Position numbers and translations under genes: made by a program
The notes under the pieces: generated by a model
Database searches by the model: none
Told to the model about the DNA's origin: nothing
Seen by the model: the letters and a program-made list of their open reading frames with translations, nothing else
NCBI RefSeq assembly: GCF_001194135.2
Contig: NC_069001.1
Span: forward strand, 11,150,590 to 11,214,589
Length of the DNA: 64,000 nt
Direction: 5' to 3'
DNA from: Octopus bimaculoides
Lineage: Eukaryota
Shown here: positions 12,716 to 25,370 of the stretch, piece after piece
Position numbering within the stretch: the stretch's first letter is position 1
Layout: each line of letters starts with the position of its first letter

Positions 12716-13439
12716 ATCAATTTGGGTTTACTTTTAACACACTGGATATGTGGATAGGCATGTGCGGAGTTTCGGATCCTGCCTCTCGCTCTTTTCTTCA
12801 ACAGGTTTAGCGTGATTGGATCTGTTTTGATTTCAAGGTGTTTAACATTCTTTAGCCATCGTGATAACTACATGGTGCTTGCGTTACTCTGATCGGTTAC
12901 TAGCATCCCAGAGTGATATAGAATCCTACATTCTATTGTCGAGGCATTTAACAAACGTATTTTTAAAGCAAGTTTCTTCAAACTTTATATTCTACGTTCA
13001 AATTCTGTCAAGCTTGACTTTTCCTTTGCGGATTTTAATAAAAAGGTTAATGGCGTGGCTGTGTGGTAAGGAGCTTGCTTCCCAACCACATGGTTCCGGG
13101 TTCAGTCTCACTGTTTGGCACATATGAATCAACAGCTCCTGAAATCCACGCAGACTCATCATTTTTAAATTGCTCATTCTCAGAGTCGAAAACAAGAAGC
13201 ACGATTATTGTAGTGTTATTCTTTTACAGCTTTCATTAATCAGATAACTGTCGTCATGCTGGATCAAGACTTCAAGTGTTTTGTAGATTATATAGATATA
13301 CAACAACTTTGTCTTGTATTCAATTTAACCCACCGTATAAGGTATGAAGAAAAAGCTGATATGTGTATAAATGGACGTTACTACGAACTAGATACGGCTG
13401 TGCGTTGCACAGACTATTTTTTAATCATTAGACTAAAAT

Positions 13440-14620
13440 AAAGAACATGATAATAGTAGCTGTATAACGATGTCTGACTCTCTTGACAGGTCTCTATTGA
13501 TCCAAACAATGTCCTTTGAAAATCAGATTTACTACCGCTACTCTCGCCAATATATTGCGCGATATAGAGCATGTTGTACTTAGGTCTTTGGGGATTGTGC
13601 ATGTCGGCACTTTTCGGATTCTGATGACAAGCACCAACGTCTTCACAAATACTTTGTCTAACTCTGTATTCAGAGTTTTGGGTCGAAATTGATCTATAAA
13701 TTTCCGTTGTTTGCGTTTGTTTTTGCCTGTGCTATCACATCACGGCTCTCAGAAATGGGAATTCTCCCATTTTGGAACAAGTTACATTAGACTGCCACAA
13801 AGAGGTTGCTAAATAAATCTACCATGCAAAGTATAAAGTTTTGAACGTTAGATAGTCTAGACATGGTAATCTATCTCTTGAACATTCAGTTATTGCTGCC
13901 GTTATTAGCGTTTCGCACTAAATTATATCACATCCCAAGCCGTGAGTCGAGAGTTGGCCATCGAATTAAATATTGAATTTCGTTTGTTTCTGGTTAGTCA
14001 TATACGCAGAAGAGTGGAGCAGAAGAGCACCACTGAAATGCGTCAAACATCTGCATATAATCATGGTCAACCAAAAGCTTACTACGTTGCGCTTACACAT
14101 AGAATAGGCCTTGTCCATTAGTAATATACAGCTCGTGTTTTACCTCGAGCAATGCAGCCATCGTAATTTACTTCCAAGAAATGGTCGAAGGCATTCTCTC
14201 CGCTATGTCATCGGCTGCATTATTTTTCCTCCTGTTTTCCTCTCCCGCTACGGCTCTGCCAGAATTTATGAATTCTAATTTAATAGCATTTTCTCTGAAA
14301 GTTCCACCGTTGATTGTTAACAATTGATCCTATCAACCACTGCCTAATTAATTCACTAACCCTGGCTTGTGCGCCTGAAGCGACGCGTTCAGCTTTCAGT
14401 AAACGAGTCCCGCTTAGATGACATCCAATGTAAACATGCAGATCAAAATGCATAGTTTATGTAGCCAACTACTTTAAACTGTCGACATCTAACCTATTGA
14501 TTAGCCTATATGGAGGCGATATATGAACAAGACATTCGCTACGGTCGGTCGAAGGCCAAATCGAAACATTCAGGAAATCCAACCTGAAACCGTCTAAACA
14601 TTTGCACCTCGTCTTTTATT
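13440..14620 (-). pseudogene. Decayed L1/Tx1-clade LINE ORF2 (end of APE endonuclease through RT domains 0-3)
   Basis: Collinear motifs on the minus strand: VRCRQFKVVGY (APE end), LKAERVASGAQARV, CMVDLFSNLF..CN..QNGRIP..SR, FRPKTLNTELDKVF (NFRPITLLNTELKIL), TCTIP, LDQ..VKRVRHRY (LDQSKAFDRVDHRY); stops and frameshifts. Confidence 0.8.
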
Positions 14621-15010
14621 TCCATTTATTCAGGTTTTTTTTTTTTTTACGGAAGAGGAATTAGGTCTGAAATACTGAAGATTCCACTGTCAACAATAAT
14701 TTCATTCTACTCGTGTCGTGGCTTCATATGCATATATACACATATATGTGTGTGTGTGTGTGTGTGGTGTATGTGTGTGTGTAGTGTCTATGTGTGTGAG
14801 CGTGTGTGCATATACATATATATTAATATATATGCATATACATATATGCATATATACATGTGTATATGCATACACGCACATATATATATATATGTATACG
14901 TATATACATGCATGCATATTTAATATATATGTATATACATGTGTATAGACATACATATCTATATACATACATATATATATACATATATACATACATATAT
15001 GTATGTATGT

Positions 15011-15817
15011 NNNNNNNNNNNNNNNNNNNNNNNNNNNNNNNNNNNNNNNNNNNNNNNNNNNNNNNNNNNNNNNNNNNNNNNNNNNNNNNNNNNNNNNNNN
15101 NNNNNNNNNNNNNNNNNNNNNNNNNNNNNNNNNNNNNNNNNNNNNNNNNNNNNNNNNNNNNNNNNNNNNNNNNNNNNNNNNNNNNNNNNNNNNNNNNNNN
15201 NNNNNNNNNNNNNNNNNNNNNNNNNNNNNNNNNNNNNNNNNNNNNNNNNNNNNNNNNNNNNNNNNNNNNNNNNNNNNNNNNNNNNNNNNNNNNNNNNNNN
15301 NNNNNNNNNNNNNNNNNNNNNNNNNNNNNNNNNNNNNNNNNNNNNNNNNNNNNNNNNNNNNNNNNNNNNNNNNNNNNNNNNNNNNNNNNNNNNNNNNNNN
15401 NNNNNNNNNNNNNNNNNNNNNNNNNNNNNNNNNNNNNNNNNNNNNNNNNNNNNNNNNNNNNNNNNNNNNNNNNNNNNNNNNNNNNNNNNNNNNNNNNNNN
15501 NNNNNNNNNNNNNNNNNNNNNNNNNNNNNNNNNNNNNNNNNNNNNNNNNNNNNNNNNNNNNNNNNNNNNNNNNNNNNNNNNNNNNNNNNNNNNNNNNNNN
15601 NNNNNNNNNNNNNNNNNNNNNNNNNNNNNNNNNNNNNNNNNNNNNNNNNNNNNNNNNNNNNNNNNNNNNNNNNNNNNNNNNNNNNNNNNNNNNNNNNNNN
15701 NNNNNNNNNNNNNNNNNNNNNNNNNNNNNNNNNNNNNNNNNNNNNNNNNNNNNNNNNNNNNNNNNNNNNNNNNNNNNNNNNNNNNNNNNNNNNNNNNNNN
15801 NNNNNNNNNNNNNNNNN
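15011..15817. other. Assembly gap (largest of about 17 N-runs)
   Basis: Direct. Other gaps at about 1895, 7846, 9869, 20089, 28207, 31928, 33465, 38736, 48077, 54333 and 56145; exons could be hidden in them. Confidence 1.
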
Positions 15818-15845
15818 ATGTATGTCATTTTCTTTTACATATACA

Positions 15846-15892
<47 letters not shown>

Positions 15893-15908
15893 TCATACAC
15901 AGACTCAC

Positions 15909-16009
15909 CATAGAGACATAGGCACCGTGTAAAAGGACACCAAACTCCACTGATTCCAATCTACATACAACCCAATCAGAAGAGCTCTCAGTGTCCTGGG
16001 ATTGCTGTT
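15909..16009 (-). CDS. Candidate internal exon of the unidentified minus-strand gene (NSNPRTLRALLIGLYVDWNQWSLVSFYTVPMSL in phase 0; QQSQDTESSSDWVVCRLESVEFGVLLHGAYVSM in phase 1)
   Basis: Consensus donor TG|gtgagt at 15908; acceptor gttatattatag| at 16010, with an alternative ttgtatgtag| at 15961 giving a 52-nt exon; two frames are open. Confidence 0.55.
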
Positions 16010-16299
16010 CTATAATATAACATGGTCAACATATTCGTCTTTGTCAAAGAACTCGTAGTTTCATTACGTAAATCGCGAAATTGGTGGAGCAGTCAGAGCA
16101 AGGACGAGGAGGAGGAGGTAATGGGGAATAAAGTGAAGAAGGAGTAGACGGAGAGGTGTCTCTGTTAGGTTGGTTGAGGGGGTGGAGGAGAGAGAAAGAA
16201 AGAGAGAGAGGTAGAGGATGGAGAAAGAGGGAGATTGTCCCATAATCCCATGTATTATGCTTGTAGTCATCAATCACTCCTTTAACAAGCCAATAAACG

Positions 16300-16604
16300 A
16301 CATTGTCACCATTAACACCACCACCACCGCCACCATCGACAAGACACCAATTGCTGTTGTTGCTGCTGCTGCTGCCCCTGCTGTTGCCCACTGCAGCTAA
16401 TAGCATTACTGCCTGCTCCCTACCTCCCTTGTTTGTGGCAGTTTATCAATAAGGCCATCACCATTCCCGCCGCCACCATCACCAGCAACACCAGCACCAA
16501 CACGGCTACAGCTACAACAACAGCAACAAAACCAGCAGCCACAACAACACCAGTAGCAACAACAACAGCAACAACAGCAGCAGCAACACCAACACCAACT
16601 ACTA

Positions 16605-16630
<26 letters not shown>
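16300..16630. repeat. Mixed (CAC)/(CAA)/(CAG)/(ATT) trinucleotide low-complexity tract
   Basis: Direct. Confidence 0.85.
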
Positions 16631-16641
<11 letters not shown>

Positions 16642-16724
16642 TATTTATTCATTCGGTGTTCTGTCTCACTCGAAATAGCAGCACTCCTGACATTGCTGCC
16701 AATACTATACATTACTAATATTAA

Positions 16725-17140
16725 TCCTTTCTACTCTAGGCACGAGGCCTGAAATTTTAGGGGAGGGGGTCAGTCGATTAGATCGCTTTCAGTATGTAAC
16801 TGGTGCTGAATTTATCGAACCCCGAAAAGATGAAAAGCAAAGTCAACCTCGGCGGAATTTGAACTCAGAATGTAGCGGCAGGCGAAATACCGCTAAGTAT
16901 TTCTTATTTCTTTATTGCCCACAAGGGGCTAAACATAGAGGGGACAAACAAGGACAGACAAACAGATTAAGTCGATTATACCGACCCCAATCTGTAACTA
17001 GTACTTAATTTATCAACCCCGAAAGGATGAAAGGCAAAGTCGACCGCGGTGGAATTTGAACTCAAAACGTAAAGACAGACGAAATACCGCGAAGCATTTC
17101 GCCCGGCGCGCTAACATTTCTGCCATCTCGCCACCTTACA
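16725..17140 (-). mobile_element. SINE family S2, dimeric form (monomer-linker-monomer)
   Basis: Two related monomers joined by GTTTGTCTGTCCTTGTTTGTCCCCTCTATGTTTAGCCCC..GTGGGCA.TAAAGAAATAAGAA; the same junction occurs at 58611-58948. Confidence 0.85.
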
Positions 17141-17169
17141 ATATTAATACTAGAGCTATGCTAATCGCG

Positions 17170-17545
17170 ATACTCTGTCTTTTACGACGACGAGGGTTCC
17201 AGTCGGTCCGAACAACGGAACAGCCTGCTCGTGGAATTAACGTGCTAGTGGCTGAGCACTCCACAGACACGTGTACACCTTTTAACGTAGTTCTCAGAGA
17301 GATTCAGTGTGACACAGAGTGTGACAAAACTGGCGCTTTGAAATACAGGTACAACAGAAACAGGAAGAAAGAGTGAGAGAAAGTTGTGGTGAAAGAGTAC
17401 AGCAGAGTTCGCGACCATCCTCTGTCGGAGCCTCGTAGAGCTTTAGGTGTTTTCGCTCACTAAACACTCACAACACCCGTTCTGGGAATCGAAACCATGA
17501 TCCTACAACCGCGAGTCCACTGCCCTAATGATTGGGATATTGCGA
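17170..17545 (-). mobile_element. SINE family S3, near full length
   Basis: Reverse complement aligns along its whole length with 43046-43446. Confidence 0.85.
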
Positions 17546-17589
17546 CTCCACTGTGCTAATACTATACTAAAACGACACTATACTGTGAA

Positions 17590-17810
17590 GGGGCGTGGCT
17601 TAGTGGTTAGGTTATTCGACTAACGATCGTAATATTGTGAGTTCAATTCCCAGCGACGCGTTGAGTCCTTGATTAAGACACTTTATTTCGCGTTGCTCAA
17701 GTCTACTGAGCTAGCAAAAATGAGTAGGACCTGTATTTCAAAGGACCACTCTTTGTCACACTGAATTTCCGTGAGATCTACGTTAATGGTACACATGTCG
17801 ATTACGAGTT
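17590..17810 (+). mobile_element. CORE-type tRNA SINE (family S4)
   Basis: Head GGGCGTGGCTTAGTGGTTAG, B-box GAGTTCAATTCC, CORE-like TTGA..AAGACACTTTATTTC.CGTTGCTC.AGTC.ACT.AGCT.GCAAAAATGAGTA; further copies at 26620(-), 41615(+), 50400(-) and 62283(+). Confidence 0.8.
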
Positions 17811-17880
17811 CGATTCCTGGCAATGACCTTAATAATAATAATAATAATAATAATAACAACAACAACACCAACATCAAAAA

Positions 17881-18020
17881 ATACCTCAGGAATGAGAACC
17901 CAGGTTCGAAATTTCCCCAAGACACCTGATGAAAGCTGGAAGGTATATCAGCCGAAACGTTGTGTTAGCAACAAACAAGATGAGGACAAATATCCGTCAA
18001 ATATTAATAATGTAAATAAT
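17881..18020 (+). mobile_element. Penelope-type terminal repeat, family A
   Basis: Shared with 26283-26410(-), 61320-61445(-) and 61500-61645(+); contains a hammerhead motif. Confidence 0.75.
17921..17966 (+). ncRNA. Minimal type I hammerhead ribozyme motif (Penelope type)
   Basis: GACAC-CTGATGA-A-AGCTG..CAGCC-GAAA-CGTT-GTGTT: stem I GACAC/GTGTT pairs fully, core intact, palindromic ACGT in place of helix III, predicted cleavage after GUU at 17961; first stem II pair mismatched. Confidence 0.65.
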
Positions 18021-19284
18021 GGCTGGATGCCGACAAATTGTTCTGCTTTTAAAAAGAAATAAGGATTTTATCCTTTACATCTATACTGTTCAGTATCTAT
18101 GCGTTGAATAAAATTTATCTTTCTACTTGTTCTAAAGTAAATAATGTAAAGATCTGACTTCGATCTCCAGACCGCATGCTACGTTGTGTTCTTGGGGAAA
18201 ACATTTCGTTTCAGGTTGTTCCAGTTCATTTAGTTGAAAACGAGAGGCATCTGCGACAAAGCGGCACTCGGCAGATGGTTACACCCAAATACTGCAGTCA
18301 GAAGATATCAAAGACACTTGATATTATCATAGTGCACTGGATTGTCATGTTAGTGTATTGCCAATTTCAATTGAGCAAGATGTTCACTGAAATGAACATG
18401 AAGCGTTCGTAACGTTTCTCTTCAATAATATAACATGGTAAAAGTTTCTTTGGGGAAAATCAGTCGACGAATACGTCAGACGTGTAACTATTCCATACGT
18501 TTTTGTCATCTCAAAATCAAATTGTTTGTCAGCTTTCATTTGATTATTCCAGAGGTTTATGCAGAACCAGCCTGGTCAGAGAGAAATCTTGATTCGTCAG
18601 AGGGAATAACCGTTTTAAGAAACTGGGCACCTTTTATGATTGCTTTCTATCAAGAATATTCTTTTATTTTTGAACATTTATTGATAATTGGGACTTTCAC
18701 ACTCAAGACACCTCAGAACTTCTAGATTAGCCAAAGACATTCAAAAGGTGTGTTGAGCTATATTTCTTCGGTTGCATGTTGTCAAACTCTTCCATATAAT
18801 GTGTTACCTTGCCCTCATGTCACAGATATTAATTCGTAAGGGTTGCTTTTTCTTTTTCTTTTTTACTTTAGAAATTACATCACATCTCTCGCAAGACTGC
18901 GCGTGATTGTGAATACTTATATTCACTTCTTCAAAATTCGTTATTCCTGATCCCAACGCTAAACCTTCCATCAAGATGCGAATTAATCTTTTCTTTTTTT
19001 TTGGAAGGTGAAAATGGTTTCCTTCTTTTACTGGGAACCTTTAAACCTAATTACATAATAAAAAAAAACAGAAATAGGGAAGGAGATATTTGTAGAGAAA
19101 CTCAGAGAAAAGCTGAAAAGGAACATAATTGAAGGAAAACGAACACTACAATACGAATGCTCATAAAATGCTTTCCATGTTGCAAATATGAAATCAGATA
19201 AATACAGTTTGACAGGAATTAAAATATCTTCGTTTCTATATCAAAAAGTTGTATGGTTTTCCGTTGAACATTTGCAGGAGATAT

Positions 19285-19510
19285 ACTCTTTACTCTTTTA
19301 CTTGTTTCGGTCATTTGACTGCGGCCATGCTGGAGCACCGCCTTTAGTCGAGCAAATCGACCCCAGGACTTATTCTTCGTAAGCCTAGTACTTATTCTAT
19401 CGGTCTCTTTTTGCCGAACCACTAAGTTACGGGGACGTAAACACACCAGCATTGGTTGTCAAGCGATGTTGGGTGGGGGGTGGGGGCAAACACAGACACA
19501 CAAACACACA
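19285..19510 (-). mobile_element. SINE family S1, 3' half
   Basis: Reverse complement of the S1 tail; a similar copy lies at 52310-52470. Confidence 0.85.
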
Positions 19511-19756
19511 AACAAACTCGCACGGTCACTCCAGTGCTTCTGCTAATGAAAAGAAAATACTTCGCATTAAGTATTATTAACCAGTGTCTCTAGTATTAAT
19601 AAAGCTACTATTACAATTAACAAAAATAATAACATAATAATAACTAATTACCAGCTGCATGTTTACGAAAAGTTTCATTGTGGGGTGTAATATTATTCCT
19701 AGATCATCTAAGTAAACGAAAGCATCAATGACACAGTATCATCATTTAGTCATCAT

Positions 19757-19900
19757 TGGCGCAAGTGTGGCTCTGTGGTAAGAAGCTTGCTTCTCAACCA
19801 CGCGGCTCTGGACTCAGTCCCACTACGTGGAACCTCGGACAGACCAAGTCCTTGTAAGTGGATTTGGTGGACGGAACACGAAAGAAGATCGTCGTGTATA
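19757..19900 (+). mobile_element. SINE family S1, 5' half
   Basis: Same head and CORE-like segment as 1397 and 28832, ending in (TA)n. Confidence 0.8.
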
Positions 19901-21140
19901 TATATATATATATTCATATATATAAAATACAGTGTACGTTCAATACACATTATAGATGCCCATAAAAGGACATCTAACACGCTGGAAAGAGCAGCCAAAG
20001 CTCTAAACCACAAAATTAGGGATAATTTCGAAAAAAAAATGAAAATTAAAAATTTTTATCATCTATATACATATACATATATATAAATNNNNNNNNNNNN
20101 NNNNNNNNNNNNNNNNNNNNNNNNNNNNNNNNNNNNNNNNNNNNNNNNNNNNNNNNNNNNNNNNNNNNNNNNNNNNNNNNNNNNNNNNNNNNNNNNNNNN
20201 NNNNNNNNNNNNNNNNNNNNNNNNNNNNNNNNNNNNNNNNNNNNNNNNNNNNNNNNNNNNNNNNNNNNNNNNNNNNNNNNNNNNNNNNNNNNNNNNNNNN
20301 NNNNNNNNNNNNNNNNNNNNNNNNNNNNNNNNNNNNNNNNNNNNNNNNNNNNNNNNNNNNNNNNNNNNNNNNNNNNNNNNNNNNNNNNNNNNNNNNNNNN
20401 NNNNNNNNNNNNNNNNNNNNNNNNNNNNNNNNNNNNNNNNNNNNNNNNNNNNNNNNNNNNNNNNNNNNNNNNNNNNNNNNNNNNNNNNNNNNNNNNNNNN
20501 NNNNNNNNNNNNNNNNNNNNNNNNNNNNNNNNNNNNNNNNNNNNNNNNNNNNNNNNNNNNNNNNNNNNNNNNNNNNNNNNNNNNNNNNNNNNNNNNNNNN
20601 NNNNNNNNNNNNNNNNNNNNNNNNNNNNNNNNNNNNNNNNNNNNNNNNNNNNNNNNNNNNNNNNNNNNNNNNNNNNNNNNNAAATCCAAGGCGGTGCTCC
20701 AGCATGACCGCAATCTAATGACTGAAAAAAGTAAAAGATAGCAGATAAAAGATAATGGTAGTAAATCGTACGTTTTCTTGCATACGAGTATTTTTCTCTT
20801 CAGATGCTCTGCTATGTTATTTCGAATCCGCTTTAAGCTGTGTCTTTCATAAGCTAGACAATGGTGTGAATATTTCTAATTAAAACACGCCAATTATGAG
20901 CTACTGTCGAAAGACTGAATAATTAAAAGAAAAAAAATTACACACACACACAGAGAAAAAAAAAACAATCGTACTGAAAACAGCTATGACAATAACACCT
21001 ACAACAACAACAAAAACAGCAAAAATAACAGGATGAGCGATAACAAAAGATTCCGGCAACAATGCCACATATTAGAGAGATCCAATTAATACACATATAT
21101 ATGCAAACACAAACACACACAGAAATATATTTATGCCTCG

Positions 21141-21191
<51 letters not shown>

Positions 21192-21199
21192 CATATACC

Positions 21200-21235
<36 letters not shown>

Positions 21236-21246
21236 CATACACCCAC

Positions 21247-21280
<34 letters not shown>

Positions 21281-21294
21281 TATATACATACACC

Positions 21295-21327
<33 letters not shown>

Positions 21328-21884
21328 TTATATACATATATGTACACTCTCGCATAGACACACATATTTATATGTATATATATCATTATATATATACATA
21401 TATATGATATACATACTTACATATCTTTACAAACACACACACACATATCTATACACATATAGAATATGATATACTATATATATATATTATGTATGTATAT
21501 ATATGTATGTGACTATATGTATGTGTATATATATGATAGTATTAATTAGTATTATTGCATGACAAGCGACAGGTGTACGGTGTTGTGACAGGTAGACGAA
21601 ACTGTATAGGATGAAGCAATACAATTAGACGTTTCATTATAGGCGTTTGTTTATTCATACTTAATTGCAATCGCATTGTTATCTTTTTTATTATTATTTT
21701 CTGTAGACGTTTGGAGGTTGGGAGAAGCGTTAATGTAAAGAAACAACTTCCTTGCAAATTTCAACTGCTTGCCTTTAGGTTTCGAGTTCAAATTTTGCAG
21801 GAATTGACATGGAATTAAATCGTTAGGGCTCGATGATATAAAACACTGGTGGATCTAATCCCCAACACATAATCTCTAAATTAT

Positions 21885-22455
21885 TATTATTATTATTGAA
21901 TGAGAAAGCAGTGCATGCCATCAGAGTGACACTGCGATAAAATATACGAAGCCCAGTATACCCATCATGACTACCCGTCTGATAAGGGTACACCAGGCAC
22001 ATGCATCACAACCATGTGTGCGCAACATATGATCTCATATCAAGATACACACCGCATGACCTCGCAGGTGGGGCCCAGTTAGAATTTTCTTCCGTCCGAG
22101 TAGCCCATCCCGCTCAAAAGGTCCCTGTATAAGGTTTGTTTATGGATGTTGAGCAAAACACCCATGTTTCCAAAGTTGAATTATTCAAACCCCAAAGAAT
22201 TCCTCTCAACGCATGGCTATGATGCTCCTCCACTACTTCTGCTCATGATTAGAGATGCACATATCGTCAGCCACCAAGGGACATGCTCAAATGGTTAAGG
22301 TCAAATAACTGACAAGCAAATCTGTGGTATTGAGCAGAATATTTGCTGTAGCCCATCTTTTTATACCAAGACAAAACAATGTACATGATAACACTTCCAA
22401 TCAATTAAGATCAGAAGCCATGAGAGCCACTGCCTGGTATTGCATCCGGGCATTT
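21885..22455 (-). mobile_element. About 570-bp interspersed retroposon-like element ending in an (AAT)n tail
   Basis: GC-richer block sharply bounded by AT-rich DNA, with (TTA)n at its + strand start (3' tail on minus); no ORF. Single copy in this window; the family call rests on recall of octopus repeats. Confidence 0.5.
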
Positions 22456-22939
22456 TAGTAATGACGAAAAATGAATAGCAGGAAATTCTCTCTATTTTAA
22501 ATATATTTTATTATAATAGCTGAACAATAGATTTTGTAAAATCACTAGTACCAGAGGTTAAATCTAGTCAATCAGTAATGAAAAAAGTTGTTAGATTATT
22601 GAATTTAATCGGGAACATACAGGTAAAGAATTCAGGTACAAATTATTCAAAGCTATTTATAATAATTTGTTGGATGTGTGAAGAATCTTTCCGATGGTCC
22701 CACAGCCTCCAAAAAAAGCAGGAAGGCGTGGTGGAGTTTTCACTCCCTCTGCATCTGAGTGAGTGTGTGTGTTGTGTATAACAACTATTAAAGTACTCGC
22801 CGTCATACCATGATAATGTCTTGTGATGTACATATATATATGTATGTATGTATGCATAAATGTATATATGCATTATGTAGCTGCATTTTTACGTAATAGT
22901 ATGTGTATGTATGCACGTATGTGTGTATAAACGTAATAA

Positions 22940-23880
22940 AACAAATATTTCAAGTGCATAACGAGTACAAAAATTTGTAAGTACTGAGACAGCAGAGCAA
23001 AACAAGTTTCTGTAGGATAAATCACAGTCTCGATTTAAAAAATATGTTTTGTTTGAGGTAATAAAGACACTTTTGTGATAGCATGGCTTCATTATAAGGT
23101 GATTCATTCTACTGCGGCAAATGGCTACTGCATTTGTCAAATAACTTATTCTCTTTTCTTAAGGTATTGAGAACTCTACACAGTTCTGGTAATATGTCAA
23201 TGGGCTTAATGCAAAACGTATAACGACCATGAGGTGTCTTAAGTCTTTCGATAGGATAATTCAACCTACGTAGCCTCTCTGTTCTCCATATCATTTTCGC
23301 AACAAACGCAACGCTATTTCATTACAAAACTTCAAGTAGGAATATGATCGAATCTGCAGCACCAGCTACAAATATTATAAATGTAATATATAATTCCTTT
23401 GCTGATAATCTAAAGCTCTACATTGAAAATATCAACAATGATGAGAAACAGATGCATTTAAAGACTCTCTCAGAGACATTCAAATAGAGAGACCTGCATG
23501 CTTCATAGTAGAGTGTGGGAAAACTGTTTTAGAAACACAAACGGTTCATATCAACGGCCACTCTATCTTCTCTTTTTCAAAAATAATTGTTACAGACACC
23601 TACATATTAATGATAACTCATTTTGGAAGAGTGAGACGTGTAAAACTATTGAATAATTAAAGGCTACTACACTAGATTTCAATAAGTGTGGATGACCAGG
23701 ATTTATATTTACAGAACTACATTCCACAACGATTTTGTAAAACTCTGTTTAATGATTAATTCTAGAATACTTCACTGGTCTGTGGAGCAATTCCAATTTC
23801 ATGATAGTTAGAACTTACCATCGTCTTCAACTGAAAAAGTGATATTTACAAGAAGTGTCTCAGAATTAAAAAAAAATGTT
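22940..23880 (+). pseudogene. Decayed CR1/L2-like LINE reverse transcriptase
   Basis: Collinear plus-strand motifs: ITSTKICK (LTS.ICK), *HGF (QHGF), LKSFDRI (SKAFD.V), FADNLKLY (FADD.KLY), LEYFTGLWS (LEY.S.VWS). Confidence 0.7.
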
Positions 23881-25309
23881 AAAAGGGTCTATTAATCTAA
23901 TGTTTCGTATTATATCGAACATGCGTCAGAAGAAGATGAAGAAGAAGAAAAAAGAAAAGAAAAAGAAAACCAAGAAAAAGAACTCTTTCGGTAAGGAATG
24001 ACTATATGATTGCACCTGGAAAAGTCGAACAGTGACCAGGCCATTAAACAGAGCTGATGTGGATCACTGCTCGTTACTAAGTCGCAGAGAGACGTGCAAT
24101 AAATATTTTGACTTAAGAAAAAAACTGAAATTCAGTCAGTAATTATTGCTCGAAACGTCAAACATTTTTGTCGAACAACTGTAGTCTGGACATAGTAACT
24201 AGTATTCATCTACGTCAGTTCTGTCTAAGTCGCAGAAGTGCAACAAATATTTTGATTTATTAAGAAATGAATGAAAAGTGAATTTAACAATTTGTTCGTT
24301 TTAAAAGGCTAAAATGGCTCCCCCACTGTGGATATTGCCTCGATTTCAACAAACGGTCGATAATCTGATCAGTTGCTAGGCAATATAGCTTTGTAATATT
24401 CTATACGACCTGGTGAACGTGTGGCCCTATGATAGATATAAACCAAATATTTCTAATATTTCCTAACCGACAGTTTTTTAATAAAGCAATATATCTGAAA
24501 CGTTCCTATCACTGAGTGGAAACACAGAAGATTTAATGAGATAAGAAAGCAGTTTCTACACAGGTTCTAGAAATAGTAGCGATATTCATCTCAAATTGTA
24601 CTGCCTTACTGTTTCAAAATGCAGATTAGGTTGCATACATGAAGAACAGTTTAGTCCTGTGTACCCCATATATTTGGAGAAAAGAAGGAAGGGGTGCATG
24701 GTGACCACAGGGTCAATGCTTCTAATCATAGGTCAAGTGAATCAGAGTTGAGACATATTTTACACACACACATATCATTTGATAACCAAGTCAACCGCTC
24801 GACTTGGTGTGAAAATTTAATTCCAAGTCGAGTGAGTCAGAATAAGTTTACAGGCAACTCCTTCGCCACTCCTTAACATACGCGTTTCCATAGGCGTGTA
24901 GTTAAGAACCGTGTTATGCCAGTTTCAATTCCGCTTCGTAACATCTTGGGCAAGTGAAGTGTCCAATTTCGAACAGAAAAGAGCCTTATAGAGAAACTGG
25001 TACATGGAAACAGACTGTTCGTATATAAGACGGGTGACCACTGAGTGGACATCCATTATGCTAGAAGTCGACCCCGTATGGTCTTACCACTAAGAAAAGC
25101 TTGTTCTCAAGAAAATTCATCAAACGCCAGAACGTAAGCGAGCAAAACAAATGAAAAGATACAAAATATAAAGATTAATTACAAACCCGGTTTCATTGTT
25201 ACCACTTGCATAATTATTTACTTAAATGTCCGCAATTCATCAGTGTGATCGTCATAGCAAAATATAATTTGCAGAAGACGACCGCATGAGATTGAACATG
25301 TGTATAGTT

Positions 25310-25370
25310 CTTATACGCCAAGGAACTTATACGCAATGGAACTTTTACGCCAAGGAACTTATACGCCAAG
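25310..25370 (+). repeat. 16-bp tandem repeat CTTATACGCCAAGGAA, about 3.8 copies
   Basis: Direct; no spacers. Confidence 0.9.

Noticed and set aside
18499-18571. Minus-strand exon candidate WFCINLWNNQMKADKQFDFEMTK
   Set aside because: Good acceptor but only a weak donor (gtatgg), and surrounding frames are broken; cannot be distinguished from decayed TE sequence.
22380-22455. HDV-like ribozyme at the 5' end of the 570-bp retroposon
   Set aside because: A P3/L3-like GGC-UCUCAUG-GCU is present, but I could not find matching P1 and P2 pairings.
23109-23294. Protein-like minus ORF MIWRTERLRRLNYPIERLKTPHGRY...
   Set aside because: It is the antisense shadow of the plus-strand CR1/L2-like RT remnant (HGF, SFDR, FADNLKLY motifs).
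24077-24275. GAAACGTC at about 24152 as a hammerhead, within a diverged ~150-bp duplication
   Set aside because: No CUGANGA at a workable distance and no stem I pairing.
25310-25370. CRISPR-like array (also the 20-bp units at about 61441-61500)
   Set aside because: Units are contiguous with no spacers, no cas genes, eukaryotic context.
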